A stretch of DNA of 63,889 bases from Limoniibacter sp. (GTDB lineage Bacteria > Pseudomonadota > Alphaproteobacteria > Rhizobiales > Rhizobiaceae): NCBI GenBank assembly GCA_031374255.1, contig JANMFT010000102.1:1-63889 (forward strand), in the 5' to 3' direction. Below are positions 10,648 through 19,458 of this stretch, piece by piece (the stretch's first letter is position 1; the number at the start of each line of letters is the position of its first letter). Under the pieces are notes generated by a model. The model was not told the origin of the DNA. It was given only the letters and a program-made list of their open reading frames with translations, and ran no database searches. A program made the position numbers and the translations under genes.

Positions 10648-13171
10648 CTGTCCCCGTCACATGGCCATCCTGACGGCCGTGGCGCATTAAAAAACGGTGT
10701 GCGGTAAAGCCGCCGAGCAAAACTATGGACAAAAGGCCGAACACATAAACAAACGGGTTGTTTGACAACCAGCCGGCAATGACCAAGCGCATATTGGTGA
10801 ATGTTTTTGCGCCCAAAATACCCGACCGTTGGTCAGGATTGCCCGCATTGATCACTGCCGCTGTTTTGGCGTTAAATCCAATTGCGAGGCCAGTGGCCTC
10901 CGAAATCGGCTCTGGACGTAAAAAGCGTTCGAGTTCAACGGTCAACGTAACGGCATCCTTGGCAGTCACCAAAGTCCACACACCGCGCCCCGACGGCGAA
11001 AGGCTTTGAGCCACAATCAGATTGCTGTCGCCAATATCCAAAGTGTTTGGCAGGCGGTCTGCATCTTGGCGCAAACCGGCATCAACCAAAATTGCTGCAA
11101 TTCGTTCTTGCACAACAGTGAAAAAGTTGAAGTAGGAGTTTTTATCCTCAGTGGCAGTCCAGCGGTCACGGAATTTGCGCAATTCTTCTTCCGGATTGAC
11201 AACCGGGCCTGCAGCCTCAGCTGAATTGCCGTCTTCACCTAAAGACGTAATTGAGCCGGTTGGCAGTTTATCAATGGTTTCCGGCGCTTGACCATCAGTT
11301 TGCGGAAGAATTGCATCACCAACCCGTTGCCAGCGCATTCTAAGCTTGCCGCCGTCAATATTCCGCATCGTGTCGGTTACGACCGCCGGAATGGCGTCAA
11401 GTTCGCCCACAATAATCGCATTGTTTTCATCACCGCGCGGGAAGCCGGTTTGCAATTTGAAATCAACAGGTTGACCGGCAACACCGGCCAAATGCGCTAT
11501 CAAAGAAGCAGCAGCTGCCAAAGTCTGCTCCTGACGGTCAGCCATAAAAATTGTGGTCTGCCCAAGGGTGCCGGCGTTTACATAAGGAAACCCGGAACGT
11601 AGCGTGTTGCCCAGATCAGGCAGCATGCCGAAATGCCCTATCGGCGGCATAATAATGGTTGATTCAGGGGACAGCAAAAACCGCGACGCCTCGGCATTTC
11701 CGGTTAAGGGAATGCATTCGGCAATATCGGTATCTTTGTTGAGACGCGCTTCGATTTCAATCGTATTGCGGCCTGCTTTGAACGATGAAAGTGCTAGTTC
11801 AATAGACTTGTTTTTCAAAACCGCGCCATTGGTATTACCCATCGCAATCGAGGTTTTGGTAACGCCGTTGACGCGCACAGTCATGGCAGAACGCGATGAC
11901 AGGCCGGGTGCATAGGCAGCGGTCAAGTCCAGCTTCACCACATCATAATCAGCGGGGTAAAAATCCGGCGATAAATTCACCTGAAACGAGCGGCGATATA
12001 ATCGCCCGGAAAAATCCTCGTCCTGGAAACCAAGGCCGCGAAGCGATGTGCGGCGGCCTTCAAAAATACGGGCAGGTGAGAACATTGCCAATGTTTGCAG
12101 GCCCAATGGTGTGCCTTGAACATCTCCGACAGGCACTGCTTTACGCATCGTATCGCGTGTAATGTCGCCATCCATCACCAGTGCAACAAAAATTGCGCCT
12201 GTTTCCGGCTCGGCGCTGACATAAAACGGGCCTTCGCCTTTGAGGCTCTCTGCCAAATCCGGCGCACGGGCCATAAGGTCTGTTTTAGAACCAACAAAAA
12301 CGTCAATGCCGGGGCCAAAGCCCTCACCAATTTCGATAACAGGCGAAGCAAAATCACCGGCCAAGGCCACCATTTGCGCCAGATCAAAAGTGTTTTGAAT
12401 TTGCGCGTCGCTTGGCCTGTCCGGCAAAAGAGCACGCAAGCGAATTTTACCATCGGCAGAAGGCGTTACCGACGGCAAGTCGGCCAATGTCGACAGCAGT
12501 GATTCAGTTCCATCAGTGATAAAACCGGTGCCGCTCTCAATGATATCTGTCCAGAGTTCGTAAGTTGCATCGGGCGTGCAATCAACGCGGTGGCGCTGAT
12601 TGGCCTTGACTGTAATGGCATTATAACCGAGTGCCAAAAGCTGCGGCGGTATTTCAATATCGATAGAACCAGCTTCGGTTGAAGCGTGGATCGGGCCTTT
12701 AAAAACCGGTTCTCCGTTAATGGAGACTTCAAGAAACGAGCCTTCGGGCATTACAGAAACAGCGTTCAAGTAAGCCAAACGGAATGTTGCCGGTCGGCCC
12801 AAACGTGCAGCGCCAGCATAAAACGGCCAGGTGCGGCTATCACTTTCGCCAGCCAATCTTGTCCCAAGCGGGTGCGGTGGCAAATGGTGCAACGGCATGC
12901 CAGTCAAGCCGTCACCCACCATTGCGCCGGTGGGGCCGGTTGCGCCAACCGGTTTTAACTTGGCCAGCGCTTTCATCAGATTGGAATATGACCCTGCTGA
13001 AACGGGTGGGTTTGCCGGCAAAACTTCGGCGCCACTGTCCGCTGGAGCGCTCTGCTGGGCAGATTGCTCTTGGGCAAAAGACGCAGTTGTCCCAAATGCA
13101 AGCGCAATAAAAGCTATTGCCGTCGAACGTTTCAATCGTCCTGCGATTGATTTTTCATTGTTGATTTTCAC
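10634..13171 (-). CDS. bcsB: cellulose synthase periplasmic/regulatory subunit BcsB
   Basis: 845 aa with an N-terminal signal peptide and a single C-terminal TM anchor (VFGLLSIVLLGGFTA). ATGA overlap with bcsA. The size and position are canonical. Confidence 0.85.
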   Translation of the reverse strand: MKINNEKSIAGRLKRSTAIAFIALAFGTTASFAQEQSAQQSAPADSGAEVLPANPPVSAGSYSNLMKALAKLKPVGATGPTGAMVGDGLTGMPLHHLPPHPLGTRLAGESDSRTWPFYAGAARLGRPATFRLAYLNAVSVMPEGSFLEVSINGEPVFKGPIHASTEAGSIDIEIPPQLLALGYNAITVKANQRHRVDCTPDATYELWTDIIESGTGFITDGTESLLSTLADLPSVTPSADGKIRLRALLPDRPSDAQIQNTFDLAQMVALAGDFASPVIEIGEGFGPGIDVFVGSKTDLMARAPDLAESLKGEGPFYVSAEPETGAIFVALVMDGDITRDTMRKAVPVGDVQGTPLGLQTLAMFSPARIFEGRRTSLRGLGFQDEDFSGRLYRRSFQVNLSPDFYPADYDVVKLDLTAAYAPGLSSRSAMTVRVNGVTKTSIAMGNTNGAVLKNKSIELALSSFKAGRNTIEIEARLNKDTDIAECIPLTGNAEASRFLLSPESTIIMPPIGHFGMLPDLGNTLRSGFPYVNAGTLGQTTIFMADRQEQTLAAAASLIAHLAGVAGQPVDFKLQTGFPRGDENNAIIVGELDAIPAVVTDTMRNIDGGKLRMRWQRVGDAILPQTDGQAPETIDKLPTGSITSLGEDGNSAEAAGPVVNPEEELRKFRDRWTATEDKNSYFNFFTVVQERIAAILVDAGLRQDADRLPNTLDIGDSNLIVAQSLSPSGRGVWTLVTAKDAVTLTVELERFLRPEPISEATGLAIGFNAKTAAVINAGNPDQRSGILGAKTFTNMRLVIAGWLSNNPFVYVFGLLSIVLLGGFTAHRFLMRHGRQDGHVTGTGEHG

Positions 13172-15798
13172 AGGGGCACCTCACGTGATGGTGCCGCAAT
13201 GGAGGTCTGTCCGCCGCTGCGCCGAGGTGTTGCAGGCCCTGAAACCGGAACCTGTTTTGGTGATGGCAAAGAAGATGCAACTTTGCGCGCGGGATTGATG
13301 GCCGCAGAAATTTCATGCGCATAAGGGGCTAAAGATGGCGCCGGAATAGTCTGCCGCATTTGGCCGGAGCTGTGAACCATTGGCGTTGCTTCAACCATTG
13401 TCGCCTCAAGGCCGGTTGAAAACGGGCTGACTGGAATCTGCGGCATGGCAAGAGAGGGCATTGCCGGAATGGCCCGCTGCTCAATAGCGTGAGAAGGTTG
13501 AGCGGCAGGCGCCGCGCTGATCATTTGCTGTGTTTGAACCGCAATAGCAGGTGCGGCTGCCACGTTTGCAACCTTAACCTTCGGTGCTTCAACCTTGGGC
13601 GCAAAGCGCGCATCAAGTTTAGATTTAATTTCGGCAATTGCCATTTTCAGGCCGCGCATTGTTTGTGTTGCAGACCATTTTACAAACATCAAAGTGCCTT
13701 GAGATACTTTAATATCTGTCAGGCGGTTGGCACGGTAGCGCGCCAAGGCCTCTGAATTCGGGAACATCAGCAATGCCTGCGCACGGCGGTCGAGCGCATT
13801 TGGCTCATGGAATTCAAGGCCAAGACTGGTGTTTTCGCCGGCGGTTTTGCTCCAGCGCACGTCCACGTTGAACGTATGTAAGACGCGGTCTTCGCGGCGG
13901 CGGCCTTTAACAAGACTGAGCTTTACGGTTTGTCCCTCCAAAGTTTCTGCGGCCAGATTTTCAGAAACTGGCATTTCAACACAAAGACCACCAATTGCGA
14001 TATCTTTGATGGTGCCAAAATAGCGGCCATTTTCTGTTTCAACGACTGCCTGCACCGGCCCGCCGGCATAAGGCATCCTGTAATGGCGGCGGCGTTGTTT
14101 TTTCTCGGCAACCGCTCCAAGACCAAGTCCGGCGATAACGAGATTGAACAGTGCCCAAAAGCCAACAACATAAAGCAATTCATTGGTGCCATTTTCCTGC
14201 ATTAGGCGCCAAGCGCCAACAACCACAGTGAGCGCCAGGACTAAAAAGGTGATCAAATGAAACCAGCCGGAATCCGAGAAGAAATCCTCATCCAGCGTTT
14301 CTGCCTTGTTCGTTACGTTAAACGACGGCGAATGCGGCTTTAGAATAACCGACACAATGGCGCGCGACAGGTGATAGCTCTGCACATATTCATAGAGTTC
14401 AGAGATCCAAGGCCAGCGCACCGTGCCAAAAATATAGTTCTGCATCATGGTCGAGGCGATCAGCGAGAACACTGTAAACGCCAAAAACTCGTCGAACGAC
14501 GCATTATAAATGTGCAAATCAAACAGAATAAAGAAAGCAGGCGCAATCATGAACATGAAGCGCGACAATGGAAACAGCCAGTTCAGCATGATCGACAAAT
14601 AGGCAAGGCGTTGCGGCATCGACAGCCCGCGCTTGAAGGCAGGCCGCTTCAGCAGCAATATTTGCAGCATGCCCTGACACCAGCGCGAGCGCTGGCCAAT
14701 GAATGAGGTGAAGGTCTCCGGCTGGAAGCCCGCAATCATCGGGTCTTGCACATAGGCTGAATTCCAACCGCGTGAGTGGAGTTCAACGGCAGTTTCGCAA
14801 TCTTCCGTAATCGTGATACCCGCAAAGCCACCGACCTCATTGAGGGCCTCGCGGCGCAATACGGCTGCAGATCCGCAAAAGAACGAACCATTCCATTTAT
14901 CGAGCCCGCGCTGAATGATAGAATAAAACATTTCGTTTTCAGATGGCATGATTTCAAATGAGCCGATGTTTTTCTCAATCGGATCAGGGTTCAAAAACTG
15001 GTGCGGGGTTTGGACAAGAAATAATTTTGGATCAACTTGGAAGTAACCGATTGTTTTCTTGAGGAAATCACGGCTCGGGGCATGGTCGGCATCAAACACC
15101 ACGACAATGTCGCCTTTGGCGGTTTTCAATGCCTCATTCATATTACCGGCTTTTGCGTGCTCATTGCGCGCACGCGTCAAATAGGTGACGCCAAGCTCTG
15201 CAGCGAAAGCTGAAAATTCGGCACGGCGTGCTTTTGCGCCTTCCCGCACTTTCTCCGATGCGTGATGGAAACAGCGAAAATCAGTTCCACCATCGTCTAA
15301 AAGAAAAACCTTCACTTTGTCTGTCGGGTAATCAATATTGCGTGCCGCAGCGAGCGTCACACCTAAAACCATCAAGTCTTCATTATAAGTAGGCACAAAA
15401 ATATCGACCGTTGGCCAATCTTTTTGATCACCGGTAATCGGAATTTTCTGGCGGTGAATAGGATCAGCGACCACAACCATATTAATTGCCAGCATCGAGA
15501 TTGAATAAACCTCCGCCATAAACAACAATATGCCGGGAACGAAGTTCCAAGGTTCTGAAAAGGGCGGCAATGTCGATGTCACGCGCCAATAAAGATAACG
15601 CAGCACCACCACAGTACCGATGACCAAAAACATTTGACGCCAAATGCCTTTGAGGCGCAGCATTTTAATCACGCCCATAATGGCAACGCCGCCCAATGCG
15701 GAAAAGAACTGTGCTTGGAGGCCGACCGGCTGGACAATAGCGATGAGAATCATCACCGCGACAATGCTCCATGTCACCGACGTCATTTTCTTGTTCAT
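13168..15798 (-). CDS. bcsA: cellulose synthase catalytic subunit BcsA (GT2 + PilZ) with a C-terminal Ala/Pro-rich extension
   Basis: GT2 motifs FDADHAP, TEDCETA and QRSRWCQG. PilZ motifs QRRRHYR and DIAIGG. Multiple TM segments. Start taken at ATG 15798 (MNKKMTS); the ORF opens at 15825. Confidence 0.95.
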   Translation of the reverse strand: MNKKMTSVTWSIVAVMILIAIVQPVGLQAQFFSALGGVAIMGVIKMLRLKGIWRQMFLVIGTVVVLRYLYWRVTSTLPPFSEPWNFVPGILLFMAEVYSISMLAINMVVVADPIHRQKIPITGDQKDWPTVDIFVPTYNEDLMVLGVTLAAARNIDYPTDKVKVFLLDDGGTDFRCFHHASEKVREGAKARRAEFSAFAAELGVTYLTRARNEHAKAGNMNEALKTAKGDIVVVFDADHAPSRDFLKKTIGYFQVDPKLFLVQTPHQFLNPDPIEKNIGSFEIMPSENEMFYSIIQRGLDKWNGSFFCGSAAVLRREALNEVGGFAGITITEDCETAVELHSRGWNSAYVQDPMIAGFQPETFTSFIGQRSRWCQGMLQILLLKRPAFKRGLSMPQRLAYLSIMLNWLFPLSRFMFMIAPAFFILFDLHIYNASFDEFLAFTVFSLIASTMMQNYIFGTVRWPWISELYEYVQSYHLSRAIVSVILKPHSPSFNVTNKAETLDEDFFSDSGWFHLITFLVLALTVVVGAWRLMQENGTNELLYVVGFWALFNLVIAGLGLGAVAEKKQRRRHYRMPYAGGPVQAVVETENGRYFGTIKDIAIGGLCVEMPVSENLAAETLEGQTVKLSLVKGRRREDRVLHTFNVDVRWSKTAGENTSLGLEFHEPNALDRRAQALLMFPNSEALARYRANRLTDIKVSQGTLMFVKWSATQTMRGLKMAIAEIKSKLDARFAPKVEAPKVKVANVAAAPAIAVQTQQMISAAPAAQPSHAIEQRAIPAMPSLAMPQIPVSPFSTGLEATMVEATPMVHSSGQMRQTIPAPSLAPYAHEISAAINPARKVASSLPSPKQVPVSGPATPRRSGGQTSIAAPSREVPL

Positions 15799-15936
15799 AA
15801 AGGCCCCTGCACAAACACGGGACACAGTTATGGCTTTGCCCCGGGGCCGTTTATCGCCTCTTAATCTTAATTTGGCGCGAAGCTTTATGGTTAACGCGTG
15901 ATGTATAGCCCAATTGTTCAGGTTGACTGAACAATT

Positions 15937-15961
15937 AAAAGCGCAAAAATCGGCCGCTTTT
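15937..15961 (-). terminator. putative intrinsic terminator after fpr
   Basis: On the minus strand: AAAAGCG-11 nt-CGCTTTT followed by AATTG, 15 nt after the fpr stop. The stem is AU-rich, so it is weak. Confidence 0.4.
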
Positions 15962-15975
15962 GCAGTTTTTATAAC

Positions 15976-16755
15976 TTATTTCTCGACAAATGCCCTTTCA
16001 ATGACAAATTCTGCCGGATGGGACGCACTGCCTTCTTTAAACCCGAGATCTTCTAAAAGTTTTTTGCAATCAGTGAGCATGGCAGGCGAGCCGCACAGCA
16101 TAATGCGGTCAAATTCAGGATTGATTTGAGGCAGGCCTGTCACCTCAGCCAGTTTACCGGATGTGATCAAATCGGGGATCCGGCCCATCAGCGCGTAATT
16201 TTCGCGCGTGACAACCGGCACATGGATGAGTTTCTCGCTCACCATTTCGCCAATCCACTCATCTTTACGGTAACGCTCGAAGGTTTCAAAACCGTATTGC
16301 AATTCGGCAATATGGCGGCAGCCATGAACAACAATAATCTTTTCAAACCGATCATAGGCTTCAGGATCTGCCGCAACCGATATAAACGGCGCAAGGCCGG
16401 TACCGGTGGAGAAGAGATACAGGTTTTTGCCCGGCGTTAAATTATCTTGCACCAATGTGCCAACCGGTTTCTTGCCAACCAGCAAAATGTCGCCGGTTTT
16501 GATATGTTGCAGCTTTGACGTCAGCGGGCCATTTTGAACTTTAATGGAATAAAAGCCCAGTTTCTCATCATGATTGGGGCTGGCGATCGAATAAGCACGG
16601 GTCAGCGGTTTGCCGCCTTCTGTTTCAAGGCCAACCATCACAAACTCACCATTACGGAACCTGAGTTCAGTTGGCCGTGTGGTGTCAAATGAAAAGAGCT
16701 GGTCAGTCCAATGCTGAACTGCGGTGACCGTTACTTCATGAAATGCACTTGCCAT
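15976..16755 (-). CDS. fpr: ferredoxin--NADP(+) reductase (bacterial Fpr type)
   Basis: 259 aa. RAYSIAS FAD motif, STGTGLAPF NADP motif, and the C-terminal ...FVIERAFVEK typical of Azotobacter-type FPR. Confidence 0.92.
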   Translation of the reverse strand: MASAFHEVTVTAVQHWTDQLFSFDTTRPTELRFRNGEFVMVGLETEGGKPLTRAYSIASPNHDEKLGFYSIKVQNGPLTSKLQHIKTGDILLVGKKPVGTLVQDNLTPGKNLYLFSTGTGLAPFISVAADPEAYDRFEKIIVVHGCRHIAELQYGFETFERYRKDEWIGEMVSEKLIHVPVVTRENYALMGRIPDLITSGKLAEVTGLPQINPEFDRIMLCGSPAMLTDCKKLLEDLGFKEGSASHPAEFVIERAFVEK

Positions 16756-17014
16756 AAGGCGTCCTCAAATCGAATTTAACGCCGATGCCGGTTTCAAACG
16801 CAAGCGTCAAGACGGGCTTTGTCGCAGGGGCTATTAAGGTGCGTCACGGGCGGTTGACGAGGAACTCAATTTCAAGCCTGAGCTAGAAAAGGAAAAGGAG
16901 TTGCGCTGTGTGCCGGTAAGGCAGCCTTGGCTGCTGTAACCTCATATTTAAAATTATGCGGATTTAATTAAAATTGTTGTTAATCTTTTGGTAACCATGT
17001 TGGCGGGCTAATGA

Positions 17015-17029
17015 TTAACAAAGCCTTAA
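17015..17029 (+). promoter_or_regulatory. CtrA-box-like element TTAA-N7-TTAA(C)
   Basis: TTAACAAAGCCTTAAC, a perfect match to TTAA-N7-TTAAC, about 70 nt upstream of the ATG at 17099. Confidence 0.3.
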
Positions 17030-17098
17030 CATGATTGACTCTCGGCCCGAAAAACCGTTCTTTACGTTTTGTTAAGGATTGGGACGGGCGTTCAATTT

Positions 17099-17716
17099 AT
17101 GTGTGCGAAAAGTGTAAAATCCGGTGCTAAAGCACTGTCTATAGCGCTTGCCTTGTTAGCGCCCGTACTTTTTGCGACTATTGCACATGCAGGCAACACG
17201 ATGGAAACCGGTGATTTTACATCACAACCCATTGGCCATTATGAGTTTTGCAAAGCAAACCCTGATGAATGCTCAATCCGTGTCGTGCTGACCGAGCCTG
17301 TGGTTTTAAATGAGCAAGCGTGGGGCGTGATTAACCGGATCAACTCTTATGTGAACGACATCATCAAGCCGGTAAATGATTTTGACATTTATGGCCGCGA
17401 TGAGATGTGGGCTTACCCTGTGAATTCAGGTGATTGTGAAGATTATGTCTTGTTGAAGCGCCGCTTCCTGATCGAAAAGGGCGTATCGCCGTCAAATGCT
17501 TTGATAACAGTTGTGCGCAAACCTGACGGTGAAGGCCATGCCGTGCTGACCATCCGCACGGACAAAGGCGATTACATTCTCGACAACTTAACTGACCGTG
17601 TGCGCAATTGGAACCGCACCGGCTATACCTTCTTGAAACGCCAGGCCGAAACATTGCCGGGCCGTTGGGTGACGATAACCGGCTCGCGCAATATTCTGGT
17701 CAGTTCACTCCGTTAA
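17099..17716 (+). CDS. transglutaminase-like periplasmic cysteine peptidase (BTLCP / LapG family)
   Basis: Signal peptide (LAPVLFATIAHA). Cys motif SGDCEDYVLLKRR, His motif GEGHAVL and a following LDN, as in the BTLCP family. The ORF opens at TTG 17069. Confidence 0.85.
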   Translation: MCAKSVKSGAKALSIALALLAPVLFATIAHAGNTMETGDFTSQPIGHYEFCKANPDECSIRVVLTEPVVLNEQAWGVINRINSYVNDIIKPVNDFDIYGRDEMWAYPVNSGDCEDYVLLKRRFLIEKGVSPSNALITVVRKPDGEGHAVLTIRTDKGDYILDNLTDRVRNWNRTGYTFLKRQAETLPGRWVTITGSRNILVSSLR

Positions 17717-17729
17717 TTTTCGCTTCCCT

Positions 17730-19262
17730 TCATGCAGCCTTTGACAGCGGCTTAAGCGCTGTACGCATCGACAACGCTTCAGCAACATGAATACGGGCGA
17801 CAGCATCGCGCCCGTCTAAATCAGCCAAAGTTCGCGCCACTTTCAAAACACGGTGAAAGCCTCGCGCCGACAGCCCCAGTTTTTCGGATGCTTGCCCGAT
17901 GAGCGCCATTGCCGAACCATCAGCTTTAGCAACCGCCTCAATTTGTGCTGCAGGGCACTGCGCATTTGTGAGAATGCCGCCAGATCCAAAGCCTATGAAG
18001 CGTTCCCGCTGCATATCACGTGCCTTGGCAACACGGGCGGCAACGGTGGCACTTTTCTCGCCGTCGGCTGGCCGCATGAGATCTGCGGTGGTAACGGCCG
18101 GTGCCTCGATCTTCAGATCAATCCTGTCCATCAGCGGGCCTGAAATGCGCCCTTGATAATCTGCCGCACATCTAAACCCGCGTACGCAAGAATGGCCTGC
18201 TTCACCCGCCATCCCGCAGCGGCACGGGTTCATGGCAGCTATCAACTGGAAGCGCGCGGGATAAGACACGCGGTGGTTGACGCGGGCAATCACACACTCA
18301 CCGGTTTCTAAGGGTTGGCGCAAACTGTCGAGCACCTGCGGCGAAAATTCTGGAAACTCATCGAGAAATAACACACCGCGATGCGCTAGCGACATTTCAC
18401 CGGGTTTGGCTTTCAGCCCGCCGCCAACCATCGCCGCCATGGATGCTGAATGATGCGGCGCGCGCAGCGGCCGGCGGTCAGACAGTTTACCGCCCGCTAA
18501 TTGACCGGCAATTGAGGCAATCATTGAAACTTCAAGCAATTCAGAGGGTTGTAGCGGCGGCAAGATTGTAGCGAGGCGCTCCGCGAGCATGGATTTACCG
18601 GAACCAGGCGGACCGACAAGCAGCATATTATGCCCGCCCGCAGCGGCGATTTCGAGTGCGCGTTTGGCGGTTTCCTGGCCGCGAATATCCGATAGATCAA
18701 CAAATGGCCCTGTCGGTTTCTGGATGGCCGGAACCGGGCGCGACAGAACTTGGGTGCCACGAAAATGATTGGCAAGCGCAATCAGGCTGGAAGGCGCAAG
18801 TATATCTATGTCCTCTCCGGCCCAAGCCGCCTCAGGCCCGCATGATGCCGGGCAAATCAGGCTTTTATTTTGTGCATGCGCAGCAATGGCGGCAGGCAGA
18901 ACACCGGCGACTGCAGCAATCGTGCCGTCCAAACCAAGTTCACCCAAAACCACAAATCCATCCAGTGCATCAGCAGGTATCGCGCCAATGGCCGCCATCA
19001 TCCCAAGCGCTATGGGCAAATCAAAATGGCTGCCTTCTTTTGGCAAATCGGCTGGCGCAAGATTGACGGTCACTTTTTTGGCTGGAAGCGACAGGCCTGT
19101 GGCATGGAGCGCCGCCTGCACACGCTCACGGCTTTCGGCAACCGCCTTATCGGGCAGGCCGACGATTGAAACACCAACTTTGCCCGGTGCAATCATCACT
19201 TGAACATCTACGGGAAAGGCTTCAACGCCCTGAAACGAAACTGTGCTGACACGCGTAACCAT
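17730..19262 (-). CDS. comM: YifB/ComM family Mg-chelatase-like AAA+ ATPase
   Basis: 510 aa. Walker A GPPGSGKSML, Walker B VLFLDEFPEF, and a Lon-like N-terminal domain. SD GGAGG lies 7 nt upstream. Confidence 0.93.
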   Translation of the reverse strand: MVTRVSTVSFQGVEAFPVDVQVMIAPGKVGVSIVGLPDKAVAESRERVQAALHATGLSLPAKKVTVNLAPADLPKEGSHFDLPIALGMMAAIGAIPADALDGFVVLGELGLDGTIAAVAGVLPAAIAAHAQNKSLICPASCGPEAAWAGEDIDILAPSSLIALANHFRGTQVLSRPVPAIQKPTGPFVDLSDIRGQETAKRALEIAAAGGHNMLLVGPPGSGKSMLAERLATILPPLQPSELLEVSMIASIAGQLAGGKLSDRRPLRAPHHSASMAAMVGGGLKAKPGEMSLAHRGVLFLDEFPEFSPQVLDSLRQPLETGECVIARVNHRVSYPARFQLIAAMNPCRCGMAGEAGHSCVRGFRCAADYQGRISGPLMDRIDLKIEAPAVTTADLMRPADGEKSATVAARVAKARDMQRERFIGFGSGGILTNAQCPAAQIEAVAKADGSAMALIGQASEKLGLSARGFHRVLKVARTLADLDGRDAVARIHVAEALSMRTALKPLSKAA

Positions 19263-19349
19263 AGCCTACCTCCCATGAAAACATCATGGTATGAGTTCAA
19301 AACATGCGCGCAGTGACCACAATCAAGCACAGCTAAGTGATGAGCGCAA

Positions 19350-19364
19350 GAACATTATAAGAAC
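19350..19364 (-). promoter_or_regulatory. alphaproteobacterial LexA (SOS) box GTTC-N7-GTTC upstream of comM
   Basis: The plus strand reads GAACATTATAAGAAC, which is GTTCTTATAATGTTC on the comM strand, 88 nt upstream of the comM start. Confidence 0.5.
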
Positions 19365-19458
19365 AAATCAGTTTTTATGTGCGGCTGGCTTTTCGAAATC
19401 ATCCGGAAGGCGTTAGAACCTGTCTTATGATTCTGCGCCGCATTGTTTTTGCTCCCGC

